Positions 26,269 through 39,100 of a stretch of 64,000 nt of DNA are shown in pieces. The translations under genes and the position numbers were made by a program. Source of the DNA: Mizuhopecten yessoensis (Eukaryota); assembly GCF_002113885.1 (NCBI RefSeq), contig NW_018405003.1, positions 15,240 to 79,239 on the forward strand, given 5' to 3'. The number at the start of each line of letters is the position of its first letter. The first letter of the stretch is position 1. The notes under the pieces are model-generated. The model was not told the DNA's origin, did not search any database, and was given only the letters and a program-made list of their open reading frames with translations.

Positions 26269-29200
26269 TATACCAGGGGGACTGATGTCAGTATTCAGTC
26301 ATACCCGGAGGACTGACGTCAGTATTCAGTCATACCAGGAGGACTGACGTCAGTATTCAGTCATACCAGGGGGACTGACGTTAGTATTCAGTCATACCAG
26401 GGGTACTGACGTTAGTATTCAGTCATACCAGGGGGACTGACGTCAGTATTCAGTCATCCCTGGAGGACTGACGTCAGTATTCAGTCATACCAGAGGGACT
26501 GACGTTAGCCTTCAGTCATACCTGGGGGACTGACGTCAGTATTCAATTATACCTGGAGGACTGACGTCAGTATTCGACGTTAGTCTTCAGTCATACCTGG
26601 GGGACTGACGTCAGTATTCAGTCCTACCTGGAGGACTGACATCAGTATTCAGTCATACCCGGAGGACTGACGTCAGTATTCAGGCATACCAGGAGGACTG
26701 ACGTCAGTATTCAGTCATACCTGGGGGACTGACGTTAGTATTCAGTCATTCCAGGGGGACTGACGTTAGTATTCAGTCATACCAGAGGGACTGACGTTAG
26801 CCTTCAGTCATACCTGGGGGACTGACGTCAGTATTCAGTCACACCTGGAGGACTGACATCAGTATTCAGTCATACCCGGAGGACTGACGTTAGTCTTCAG
26901 TCATACCAGGGGGACTGACGTTAGTCTTCAGTCATACCCGGGGGACTGACGTTAGTCTTCAGTCATACCAGGGGGACTAACGTCAGTATTCAGTCATACC
27001 TGGGGGACTGACGTTAGTATTCAGTCATACCTGGAGGACTAACGTCAGTAATCAGTCATACCAGGGGGACTGACGTTAGTATTCAGTCATACCAGGAGGA
27101 CTAACGTCAGTAATCAGTCATACCAGGGGGGCTGACGTTAGTATTCAGTCATACCAGGGGGACTGACGTCAGTATTCAGTCATACCTGGGGGACTGACGT
27201 TAGTATTCAGTCATACCTGGGGGACTGACGTTAGTATTCAGTCATACCTGGGGGACTGACGTTAGTATTCAGTCATACCTGGGGGACTGACGTTAGTATT
27301 CAGTCATACCAGGAGGACTAACGTCAGTAATCAGTCATACCAGGGGGACTGACGTTAGTATTCAGTCATACCAGGGGGACTGATGTCAGTATTCAGTCAT
27401 ACCAGGAGGACTGACGTCAGTATTCAGTCATACCTGGGGGACTGACGTCAGTATTCAGTCATACCTGGAGGACTCACGTCAGTATTCAGTCATACCAGAG
27501 GGACTGACGTTAGCATTCAGTCATACCTGGGGGACTGACGTCAGTATTCAGTCATACCCGGAGGACTGACGTTAGTATTCAGTCATACCAGGAGGACTGA
27601 CGTCAGTATTCAGTCATACCTGGGGGACTGACGTCAGTATTCAGTCATACCTGGGGGACTGACGTCAGTATTCAGTCATACCTGGAGGACTGACGTCAGT
27701 ATTCAGTCATACCTGGAGGACTGACGTCAGTATTCAGTCATACCTGGGGGACTGACGTCAGTATTCAGTCATACCTGGGGGACTGACGTCAGTATTCAGT
27801 CATACCTGGAGGACTGACGTCAGTATTCAGTCATACCTGGAGGACTGACGTCAGTATTCAGTCATACCTGGAGGACTGACGTCAGCATTCAGTCATACCT
27901 GGGAGACTGACGTCAGTATTCAGTCATACCCGGAGGACTAACGTTAGTATTCAGTCATACCAGGAGGACTGACGTCAGTATTCAGTCATACCCGGAGGAC
28001 TGACGTCAGTATTCAGTCATACCAGGAGGACTGACGTCAGTATTCAGTCATACCAGGGGGACTGACGTCAGTATTCAGTCATACCTGGGGGACTGACGTC
28101 AGTATTCAGTCATACCTGGAGGACTGACGTCAGTATTCAGTCATACCCGGAGGACTGACGTTAGCATTCAGTCATACCAGGGGGACTAGCGTCAGTATTC
28201 AGTCATACCCGGAGGACTAACGTTAGTATTCAGTCATACCAGGGGGACTACCGTCAGTATTCAGTCATACCTGGGGGATTGATGTAAGTATTCAGTCATA
28301 CCCGGAGGACTGGCGTTAGAATTCAGTCATACCAGGGGGACTACCGTCAGTATTCAGTCATACCTGGAGGACTGACGCCAGTATTCAGTCATACCCGGAG
28401 GACTGACGTTATCATTCAGTCATACCAGGGGGACTGACGTCAGAATTCAGTCATACCTGGGGGACTGACGTCAGTGTCAGTATTCAGTCATACCTGGGGG
28501 ACTGACGTCAGTATTCAATTATACCTGGAGGACTGACGTCAGTATTCAGTCATACCCGGAGGACTGGCGTTAGCATTCAGTCATACCAGGGGGACTAGCG
28601 TCAGTATTCAGTCATACCTGGGGGAGTGATGTCAGTATTCAGTCATACCCGGAGGACTGACGTCAGTATTCAGTCATACCTGGGGGACTGACGTCAGTAT
28701 TCAGTCATACCTGGGGGAGTGACGTCAGTATTCAGTCATACCCGGAGGACTGGCGTTAGCATTCAGTCATACGAGGGGGACTAGCGTCAGTATTCAGTCA
28801 TACCCGGAGGACTGACGTTAGTCTTCAGTCATCCCTGGGGGACTGACGTCAGTATTCAGTCATGCCTGGAGGACTGACGTCAGTATTCAGTCATACCAGG
28901 GGGACTGATGTTAGTCTTCAGTCATACCTGGGGGACTGATGTCAGTATTTAGTCATACCCGGAGGACTGACGTCAGTATTCAGTCATACCAGAGGGACTG
29001 ACGTTAGTCTTCAGTCATCCCAGGGGGACTGACGTCAGTATTCAGTCATACCAGAGGGACTGACTTTAGTCTTCAGTCATACCTGGGGGACTGAGGTCAG
29101 TATTTAGTCATACCCGGAGGACTCACGTCAGTATTCAGTCATACCAGAGGGACTGACGTTAGTCTTCAGTCATCCCAGGGGGACTGACGTCAGTATTCAG

Positions 29201-30595
29201 TCATACCAAGAGGGCTGACGTCAGTATTCAGTCATACCAGGGGGTCTGATGTTAGTCTTCAGTCATACCTGGGGGGCTGATGTCAGTATTTAGTCATACC
29301 CGGAGGACTCACGTCAGTATTCAGTCATACCAGAGGGACTGACGTTAGTCTTCAGTCATTCCTGGGGGACTGACGTCAGTATTCAGTCATACCAGGGGGA
29401 CTGACGTTAGCCTTCAGTCATACCAGGAGGACTGACGTCAGTATTCAGTGATACCAGGGGGACTGACGTTAGTATTCAGTCATACCTGGGGGACTGACGT
29501 TAGTATTCAGTCATACCAGGGGGACTGATGTCAGTATTCAGTCATACCCGAAGGACTGACGTCAGTATTCAGTCATACCTGGGGGACTGACGTCAGTATT
29601 CAGTCATACCTGGAGGACTGACATCAGTATTCAGTCATACCCGGAGGACTGACGTTAGCATTCAGTCATACCAGGGGGACTGACGTCAGTATTCAGTCAT
29701 ACCTGGGGGACGGACGTTAGTATTCAGTCATACCAGGGGGACTGATGTCAGTATTCAGTCTTACCCGGAGGACTGACGTCAGTATTCAGTGATACCAGGG
29801 GGCCTGACGTTAGTATTCAGTCATACCAGGAGGACTAACGTCAGTAATCAGTCATACCAGGGGGACTGATGTCAGTATTCAGTCTTACCCGGAGGACTGA
29901 CGTCAGTATTCAGTCATACCAGGAGGACTGACGTTAGAATTTAGGCATACCAGGGGGACTGACGTTAGTCTTCAGTCATACCTTGGGGACTGACGTCAGT
30001 ATTCAGTCATACCTGGTGGACTGACGTCAGGGGACTGATGTCAGTATTCAGTCTTACCCAGTCTTCAGTCATACCAGGGGGACTGACGTCAGTATTCAGT
30101 CATACCTTGGGGACTGACGTCAGTATTCAGTCATGCCTGGTGGACTGACGTCAGTATTCAGTCATACCAGGGGGCCTGACGTTAGTCTTCAGTCATACCT
30201 GGGGGACTGACGTCAGTGCTCAGTCATACCTGGAGGACTAACGTCAGCATTCAGTCATACCTGGGAGACTGAAGACAGCATTCAGTCATACCTGGTGGTC
30301 TGACGTCAGTATTCAGTCATACCTGGAGGACTGACGTCAGTATTCAGTCATACCTGGGGGACTGACGTTAGTATTCAGTCATACTTGGGGACTGACGTTT
30401 GTATTCAGTCATGTCAGGGGGACTGATATCAGTCTTCAGTCATACCTGGGGACTGACGTCATTATTCAGTCCTACCTGGGGGACTGGCGTCAGTATTCAG
30501 TCATACCTGGGGGACTGACGTCAGTATTCAGTCATATCTGGAGGACTGACGTCAGTATTCAGTCATACCTAGAGGACTGACATTAGTGTTTAGTT
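26269..30595. repeat. 31-bp satellite/minisatellite (GTCATACCTGGGGGACTGACGTCAGTATTCA), ~140 copies, 4.3 kb
   Basis: Continuous 31-bp periodicity (for example CAT at 27181 and 27212). Many units contain the palindrome ACTGACGTCAGT. Confidence 0.99.
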
Positions 30596-31337
30596 GTATC
30601 ATCGAAAACCATACGCGAATATACGCTAAACCTTTTCTTCTTTTACTAAAAGTAGCTTTTCAAACTTTGCAAATATGCCTTGACATCATGTCTATTTGTT
30701 TCAGTGCGTAGTCACAATGTTATGACATCACGACTCTTGTCTGGATTATGACCTCACAATTGGTACATTAACAAATATGTAAAATTATGATTTGGTTGTA
30801 TTCAAAGTATAACGAGGTAATCGTGGGATAATTGTTACTCATTTTCTTGGTTCAGAAGTCTACCCTTAAACTACGTTCTCTGTGTGAAAATATCTTTAAA
30901 CATAATCAATACTATCTCAAAGAATCAAGTTTTTGTTTAGTGAAACTTTACCCACACATTTGAACCTCAATATCCTACTGAATGATCGCATGTATGCTAA
31001 CTGTATTAATATCAAAAGAATGTTCCGATAACCTCTGATCCGAAAGTATTGCCCTCCATACTACGCACATCGAAATACACATAAATGTCGTTCTGGCGGG
31101 TTTTCCAGCCCTACCTCTTCCCCAGCGTAATCAGCATAACTTGGAATTATAGTACATGCAATCAATACTAGGTTTATGTGTTTTATTGAAATGTCCTTGT
31201 GACCTGTATTTCATAAATCAATGTAGTTATTATTTTTGTTCTTTAGTTTACGTGTTCATGACTGCGTTAGCTTTCGACCTCATGCATCCACATCCAGTAA
31301 ATGTGGCTAATCATACGATTCATCATTCATTCAGTCA

Positions 31338-31610
31338 NNNNNNNNNNNNNNNNNNNNNNNNNNNNNNNNNNNNNNNNNNNNNNNNNNNNNNNNNNNNNNN
31401 NNNNNNNNNNNNNNNNNNNNNNNNNNNNNNNNNNNNNNNNNNNNNNNNNNNNNNNNNNNNNNNNNNNNNNNNNNNNNNNNNNNNNNNNNNNNNNNNNNNN
31501 NNNNNNNNNNNNNNNNNNNNNNNNNNNNNNNNNNNNNNNNNNNNNNNNNNNNNNNNNNNNNNNNNNNNNNNNNNNNNNNNNNNNNNNNNNNNNNNNNNNN
31601 NNNNNNNNNN
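31338..31610. other. Assembly gap (N run), probably an (ATTC)n-type microsatellite
   Basis: 273 Ns flanked by CATTCATTCAGTCA and ATTCGTTCGTT. Confidence 0.95.
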
Positions 31611-34600
31611 ATTCGTTCGTTTGCTCAAAATCTTTGCAAATGATATTGGCATATGACAACGGTGTCCATATCTGAAGAAGCCGTATAAGAGCTACTTTAA
31701 ATTATCATCTTAAAGAAATGTCATAAGCCTGGATAGTACCCTTACTACAATTTCTCCTGAGATGGTTCAGAGGCGGGATAGCCAATAGAGAGGCACCTTC
31801 GTTAAAATAGCAACGTTAAGGAGGAAAAGAAACAAAAAGGGTTCGGAGTGTTTCATGGGGCATACAAATAATACAACCGGGTTTTTTTCACAGAAACTTC
31901 ATATTTAAGCTCCCTCTGTTAGCATTTGGCGGATTACGACAAGCAAGTGATTCTTCTTATTTCTCTAAACATGCAGGAGTGTGGTTGACACAACCATTTC
32001 CCCTTTTTTAACCAAGAAAAAGGGATCAAACTTCACTTGAATTATTCCGGCTTGGTTTCAAATTATCACGTCGTATTTATAAATGTTTTTGCCATTACTC
32101 TCACTTAAGCATGAACACTATATTTTGTTATAAATAAAATAAGTTCTTTAGAAATAGACGGGAATAGCTGATTAGGCAAAATCACGAAAAGTAAATTTAT
32201 TTTCTCTGCAGCTAAATAGACTGACACGTGAACTTTTCAAGGATGAATGAACTAAGTTTTTGTACATATAGATATAGCTCTAGTAAACCTGCTATTGTCA
32301 CAGAGTTTATAAGTACAATAAACACGGTAACAAAACACTTTTAAAGTCTACAATTATCCTGTTATTATCATATCAAGTGCAATTTTCTTCTGTCAAATAC
32401 TGGCTTTGACGGGGCGTATCTTCCGGTTTACTGACAACTTCTTAGTAAACACTCAATTCAATCCTTTTGACAATCTGCCATTTTTTGAGGATATCAATAG
32501 GCCTAGAAAGAACAATGCGTCTTTTCATTATTTAGGATATTGCAGACCTCGTAACACTACACTGATATCAAATACGGATTTACCTGGAGAATACAGGAGC
32601 ACTGATTGTTTATCAGGTTTATTCAAGTTTGCTACGTTGATATGCAACTGTCACCTGTGTTGACACACCGAAAAAAAAAGACTGGTATTGAAACAGACAG
32701 AGCGGTTGTGAATAAGGCCGGGTGTATCCATATCTGGCTTGTCTACTTCTTTACAATGAGAAGTCACATTACACTTTAGATTGTCATGTCAATTTCACTG
32801 TCAACATGACATAAAGGGAATTTACATCGCCGACAAAAACACCATTGTGTAAAAGGAGTTGAGTGTTGACTGATGATCTGGTAAAACACATAGCGTAAAC
32901 CATTCATCCTTTTTGTATTACGAAAGAGTTTACTTACCTATCAAAATGTAGGTGTCTGAAGTATGGTTATCTAAACGTTTATTTATATGAGTTGGTTTCG
33001 GTGATCTAGGTATCTTTAATGATGTCCTATGTCGCAGCCTGTCACAATATCATGTTTATCGAAAGCACAACTCCAAAACATAGAATCGGCGTAGCATTCA
33101 ATGTCCTCGCTAACACTGCTTCGTCGGTTATTAAAAACCCAGGTAGGATGTTAATAATGAGGACAACAAACGCGTAAATGAAACCACACCTTACACCATG
33201 CTATCAAACAGCTGAATTCATATTATATAAATTGTTGAAAGCTAAATCAATGTTTGAGGATTATGTTGGAAGGACATTGTTCTTTAATAAATGCTCGTGT
33301 TTACAGAAGAATATATGTACAATCCCAATTTGAAATTTAACATGCCTGATGTGTATTACAATTTCTATCGTAATTTAAACCAATATGTGACTAATTTAAG
33401 CCAAGTATCCTTATATCAACTGCTGGTATGTAGGCCATAATTCATTTGAGTCAAGTTTGTGAACAGTCAATGTTATAAAACAGGGCTGTTACATATCATC
33501 AAAGCATGGAGTAAATCCGCATAAAGTTTCTCTGGATATCCGAAATGCCATACATAGTCCAATATCATTCCTAAATGACAAAATTATCAAATAGTGCAGT
33601 CATGATTTACTTTATCGGCTTTCCACATCGATTGATTACTTTGTATGTTGCAGTGTAATTCATTTTTGGCTTCTTACTGTATCTATTACCAAAGTTCAGT
33701 CCTATGTGTGTGTATTAGGTTCCACTTTCTAGGGTTTATTACTTGAATGAAAAACAAACAATACCAGGAATTGAAGGGACAAAAAAGATGGTTATATAAC
33801 ACAATCTGGTATTACGGAAAAATACACGTTTCCTGCAGCCAATATAGCACCTGATATGATGTCCCCGTCTACCTCCAGAAAACTTTAATGAGTTTATAAA
33901 AAAGGTAATACAGTTTTAATCTTGTTACGTTTGATTACAACAGATATATCAGATGAACGAACTGATTAAGATATCAGAAATTAGGCTAACGAAGCAGTTG
34001 TTGATTGAGATATAAATTTAGCTATATAAGGAAGTTAGCAGGTGGTCTGTTAATCTATCAACATCGAAAGGTCTGGCAGTCTATTTTAAAGCAATGCAGC
34101 GCATTAAAGAAGTTGTTCGTAATTTTGTTTAGTTTCCGTGGGAATTTTCGACAAGGTGTAAATGTAAAGTGTAGTTATATTGAAACCCACGCAATATGTG
34201 TTAGAGTTGTCTCAAAAACATCCTGACAAATGCTTCTGAACTTTCGAAATGTAAACAACTATTCAGTTCAATCATGTACCTCAAGCCATTATTATTCTAC
34301 ATCAATTGTTATTCTGTCTTGTTCATATAACTGAATCGATGGAATACCCGCTTACCCTTCTGGGACGCCTGGTCATATACGTCTTGTTCTTGTTCAATGG
34401 TTCCTATGTTAATATTCCCTTTGTTAATAATTTGTCATTGTTTATTCGAGTTTAGTTCGAATTGTGGTTTGGTTGGCACTTCGGTAACATCACTTGTATT
34501 TCTCCTCTGTGTATTTGTGAAGTGTAGTCTCAATAACCGGTACCAAAGAAATTCACATTTTATTTTTAAAGAGCATGAAGTTGAAGCGTTGAACACAACC

Positions 34601-35654
34601 ATGACACTCCCAACAGTGTTTTTAATCATGGTTTTCCCTCTTGCCCTAAGAAAGACAACTCTTTTTAAAATTACGACAACCAAGCTTCACTATAGATAGT
34701 ATTGTTAGCCGCTCTCGGGATTATATCTGCAGGAACACTGCGGAAAAACAGGATAGAACATAACGATAACCTTAAGATGGGGAGAGATTGAAAGAATATA
34801 TTTGGGAGCCATGATTTTTGGAAGATATCATTTTCATTGTTCTGATTTGTTGTATTGTGCAGTGAAGTATTACAAAAATATCCCCGAAATCTGTCTTTCC
34901 ATAAAAGAGGTTACACACCAAGATTCGACTCATCATTTGAACATTTACAAAATGTACCATTCAAGTGAAATAAAATTAACATTGTCATCGAAATTAAGCT
35001 ATGTCATATCTAATTTCGTATCGTCCTAACGTGTAAAAAGGTGATCTGATTGAGGTCAATCGGTAACGTTCGACTTGCAATTTATATAAATATATGATAT
35101 TATTAATAAGATGTTTTTCACATTTATAAATGCTACCCTTTTCAGTTAAGATTAATAGGTACATGTGATATATACCCATATTGTTATTTACATAGTATGA
35201 AATTATCACGATTAATCAAAGTGCATGTACAAATATAATTTCATGTAACTAATAAGAAAATAAATCATGACCACTATTGTCATCTAAAGTCCTTGATTCA
35301 GAACTATTGTCCGACTTCAAGGTACTTCAAACTATTATCAATCATGGTACAATATCCAATATACTCTAATATAAAATGTAAGTGGTATTATATTTTCATT
35401 GATATAGCATACCTACGTTTAGGGTGTGTCGACCCTTTGTTTGCATTTCAAACATGACATAACAAAAGAGACAGATTCATATCCCGTATTTAATTCTGAG
35501 ATGTATAATTACGGCTGTAATTAATCCGCGCTCGACAACACTACCTGTATATGGCTTAACAAGGTCACAAACACGTCGTATTAATGGTACAGACGAGGCT
35601 CTGGTGGGGAGCATACTATCGAGAATATATCTTGGCTCTCATTCTCACTAAACA

Positions 35655-36178
35655 TGTCCCTGCAGGTAGGGCGTAAGAAAGGTACCTGCTACCCCCATTG
35701 CATGATCGTACGAGGCGACTTAATCTGGGATCTTTTCTTTTATCTTCTTTCTAAACAACTTTCTTTTTCCTAATGTCTCCCTTGAGAATGCCTCACTTTT
35801 GGCCTTTAGTTGAGCGTTCGAGCTTTGGGTTCTGTCCCCTGGCCGAGACATACCAGAGTCTGTAAAAATGGTAGTTTCTTCTCCTGCATAACGCTCACCA
35901 ATTTAGGAGTGGGACGACTGGTTCGCCCGTAGTCTGTATAATGTGACCAGATGGGTTGTCCTGCTGGGTGTCTTCGGCAGTATGTTTCAGTTAGGTAGCT
36001 CTATAAAGTCGGCATCAGTTCCACGCTATCACAAGGAGACAAACACGAACATATCGCAGCCTTGCAAAACACACATGCAAACACTACACGTCTACATCTT
36101 GCATACAGGGGAGGCCGTCCATAAATGACCATAGCTGTTGATAGGACGTTTAACAATACTAAAACAAACCAAACCAAA
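35655..36178 (+). mobile_element. Composite tRNA-derived SINE: Deu/Nin-like 5' block + pyrimidine tract + tRNA-like head + Meta/MESC-like domain + (AAACC)n tail
   Basis: CCCCATTGCATGATCGTACGAGGCGACT block; AAAAATGGTAGTTTC..GACTGGTTCGCCCGTAGTCTGTATAATGTGACC central domain; tail AAACAAACCAAACCAAAC; flanking direct repeat TCACTAAACA at 35645-35654 and 36183-36192. Confidence 0.85.
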
Positions 36179-39100
36179 CATTTCACTAAACAGCACCGCC
36201 ACACTAAATATAAGCAATACAAATATTCCCAAGAGGTTCTCCAAGCGAAACAAAGATGAATGAGTTGGAACCATCATCTAGTCAAATACATACGATTTAT
36301 AGGCTAAAGAACATTTCCTATAACACAGAGAGTTTGACTTTGGATTATAATCTGTAAGCTTACGTTATCACGAAGTGGCATGACCATTTCAAGCTTCTGA
36401 AAATATTTGAGATATCGTTTGCACAGTTACAGATATAAGGCATAACAAGCTATTACAATTTTCTCAACATATAGATATCAAGTTAGTTTTGAACAAAAAC
36501 AGTAATAGGAAACTTGTTATTGCGAGTTTTTTTCAAGTAAAGGGTGTAAATTGCGTGCGCATTCTTTATACATAATTTAATGATGCATGCAAATGACATG
36601 GTCTTTACATCTGGAACACATTTCATCTCGTTTAGATTCACAAATGCATTCAACACATGAAACAGTCAATGTGTACATATGGGTTCAAGGATGTAAGAAA
36701 ATAAATAATTTTCCATTTTATTTAACTTCACATTGTATATATATATATTTATAAACTGAGTTGTTTTCATTTCCGCAAAACTTTGACTAACTTAAATAAG
36801 TTTTCCAAATTGATTTTTTTGTTTTTTACGTTTTTAATGTCATCATCTTGGCATCGATTCGCCGAAGAAATGTCATGGCGTCATAATTCTGACGTCACAA
36901 AGGGTGATTTACATATATTACAGGATGAAATAAAGAAAAAACAATCAGAAACGTATCCCTGCAAAACAAGGTACTCTGTGGTTAAGACTCCCGCAGGTTC
37001 GAGAAAAGAATAAGTCTTTCTCATCCCATATCACGCTGTTGTAACAGGGAGATTGTGTGTGCGCCTCTGTCGAGTCGAGGATTTCGTCTGTGTCTCTTCG
37101 GCTGTGGGGGCATTAAAGAAACTAACACTGATTCACTGATGCACTGGTGAAACTGCAACACTTTGAATATGCAACCGTATCTCCCTAGGCATCCGTCTAC
37201 ATATGACATTTTCCTGTTGCACGACCGTCAAACTTCATAATGTACAAACCTGTGTTAAATCGGTATATGGAATTAAATGGTTTAACCGAACCCTCTCTTC
37301 TGGAGCCAATAACACGTGTCTGTAGAGGAATTGTAAGGTGAAATGTACCATCAAAACACTTGATATTCGGGAGTGGCACGTGAAGTGTTTACACTTCGAC
37401 AACAATATTTGTTCAGTGAAATAATAGGTCGACGCCTTAGCAAACAGCACATTGTATCATACGTACTTGTCTTGTATATTCTGATACAATGATATACGTT
37501 TTGTCCATGTTCCATCCATTAATACATGATAGCTAAGCTACTGTCGTGGACTGTAGGCTTGTCAGCTGCGGCTGGTTTACCAGGGACGTTCCGATTGACC
37601 TCTAGAGAGTTCTTAATAGGCAAACATGTAAAAGTATTTATAAGAATAGTTTATGTGAGCGCATTGTTCGGGGCACGTTATCAGAAGTAAAAGTGAGCGT
37701 ATTGTTAACAGCATTTCATTAATGGCCTATTGTAATGTTCTAAATTCTTTCGGGTTCGAGTAGATTTTAATTAACATTTGTAGACTTACAGAAGTATGCA
37801 CCCATCTGCCTCGTGTTTTATAAACCTGTAGCACCTGCTGACTTGTCTGTAGGTTCATACTGTACGTCAGGCTGGTCAATTAGGACACTGACCAATGCTG
37901 TTATTTACTCAGCGCTACTAGTTGCTTGCATGCACCATTAATGTACAGGATATTATTATGATATGCCTTGAAAAGAAGAAAAAGAAGAAAAAATAATACT
38001 GCAGAACAACCAATATTTCAAACTTGAGTGAAGCATCGCATTCACGTACTACACGAAGATTTCTACATCACCTAGCCACTAGCGAATGATTCTGTCGATT
38101 TGCTAACATGGGTACATATTAGAAGTGCAACTAAAACAGTCTTTATTTCTTCATGAATGCTAGTCTTGCAATTAAATACACGTGGCGATGATTGCATCTC
38201 TTTCACTTAATTTGTTTCCTATTTTGATTCACATCCAATAACATTAATATATTTCTCTTAATTTTTTGACATTTTACAGTTCTTTGTTCCAGCCACCGCA
38301 TATCTATCATACATTGGTTATGGGTGGTTTTTTTTTTCATTTTTAACCTCTGTAGCATATTTACATGTAGAGATAGTTTACATTATAACTATTCAATTCA
38401 GGTGCGTAGCTTACATGTGATCAAGCATGCAGTTATATACACATTGCAAATCCTTAAATGTACCATTTATTTTGTATTTATTGTGTGTGGTCCAGAAGAT
38501 AATAGGTTAAAATATTACTTCTTTCAACATATTTCCTTGGTTAATAATAGTATCCCTTCTTCAAAACTTCTGACCTCCTAAAGGGATTTTTTTTTACAGA
38601 AAAAAAGTGTTTCTTATGATCACTTATAAGTTTTATAACGACATCACATGACTGTAAGACAGTGACGTCATTGAATTGCTTTATTGTGACGTCACAAATG
38701 CATGTAAGTTGCCTGCTCGCCTGCATCTCCATGGATTGACAGACAACACAGCCAAAAATAAAATCAGAAAGACATTAGTCAAGGGTAGGAACAATATTGG
38801 TCCTGTACTAAAGATAATATCCTTGTACGCTATATGTCTCACGTGTCAATCACTTTCATTCGTAACGAAGGCGGCTGGGTTAGCGAAGCTTTGTTGGATT
38901 GTAATGTAGTATATACTATCTATAATTATCTCATATAAAACATCTACAGTGCTATACAATATATGTGTATATATATACTTTCCAGAGTTTGCTTGGAAGG
39001 GTTTCTGTCGACAGATAGGACATATGATCACCTTTGTGATTTAATAGATTCATCATATTGCTTAGCTGAAGGTAAGCAATGGAGTCTAATCGAATTTAAA

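Noticed and set aside
26269-30595. CRISPR-like array (31-bp palindromic repeat)
   Set aside because: Units are head-to-tail with no unique spacers, there are no cas genes, and the context is eukaryotic.
31156-31675. ORFs spanning the first gap
   Set aside because: They are artefacts of translating Ns.
37021-37470. Cluster of short minus-strand ORFs with an MIQCAVC fragment suggesting a PHD finger
   Set aside because: A stop follows immediately and no further motif residues can be placed, so it cannot be supported.
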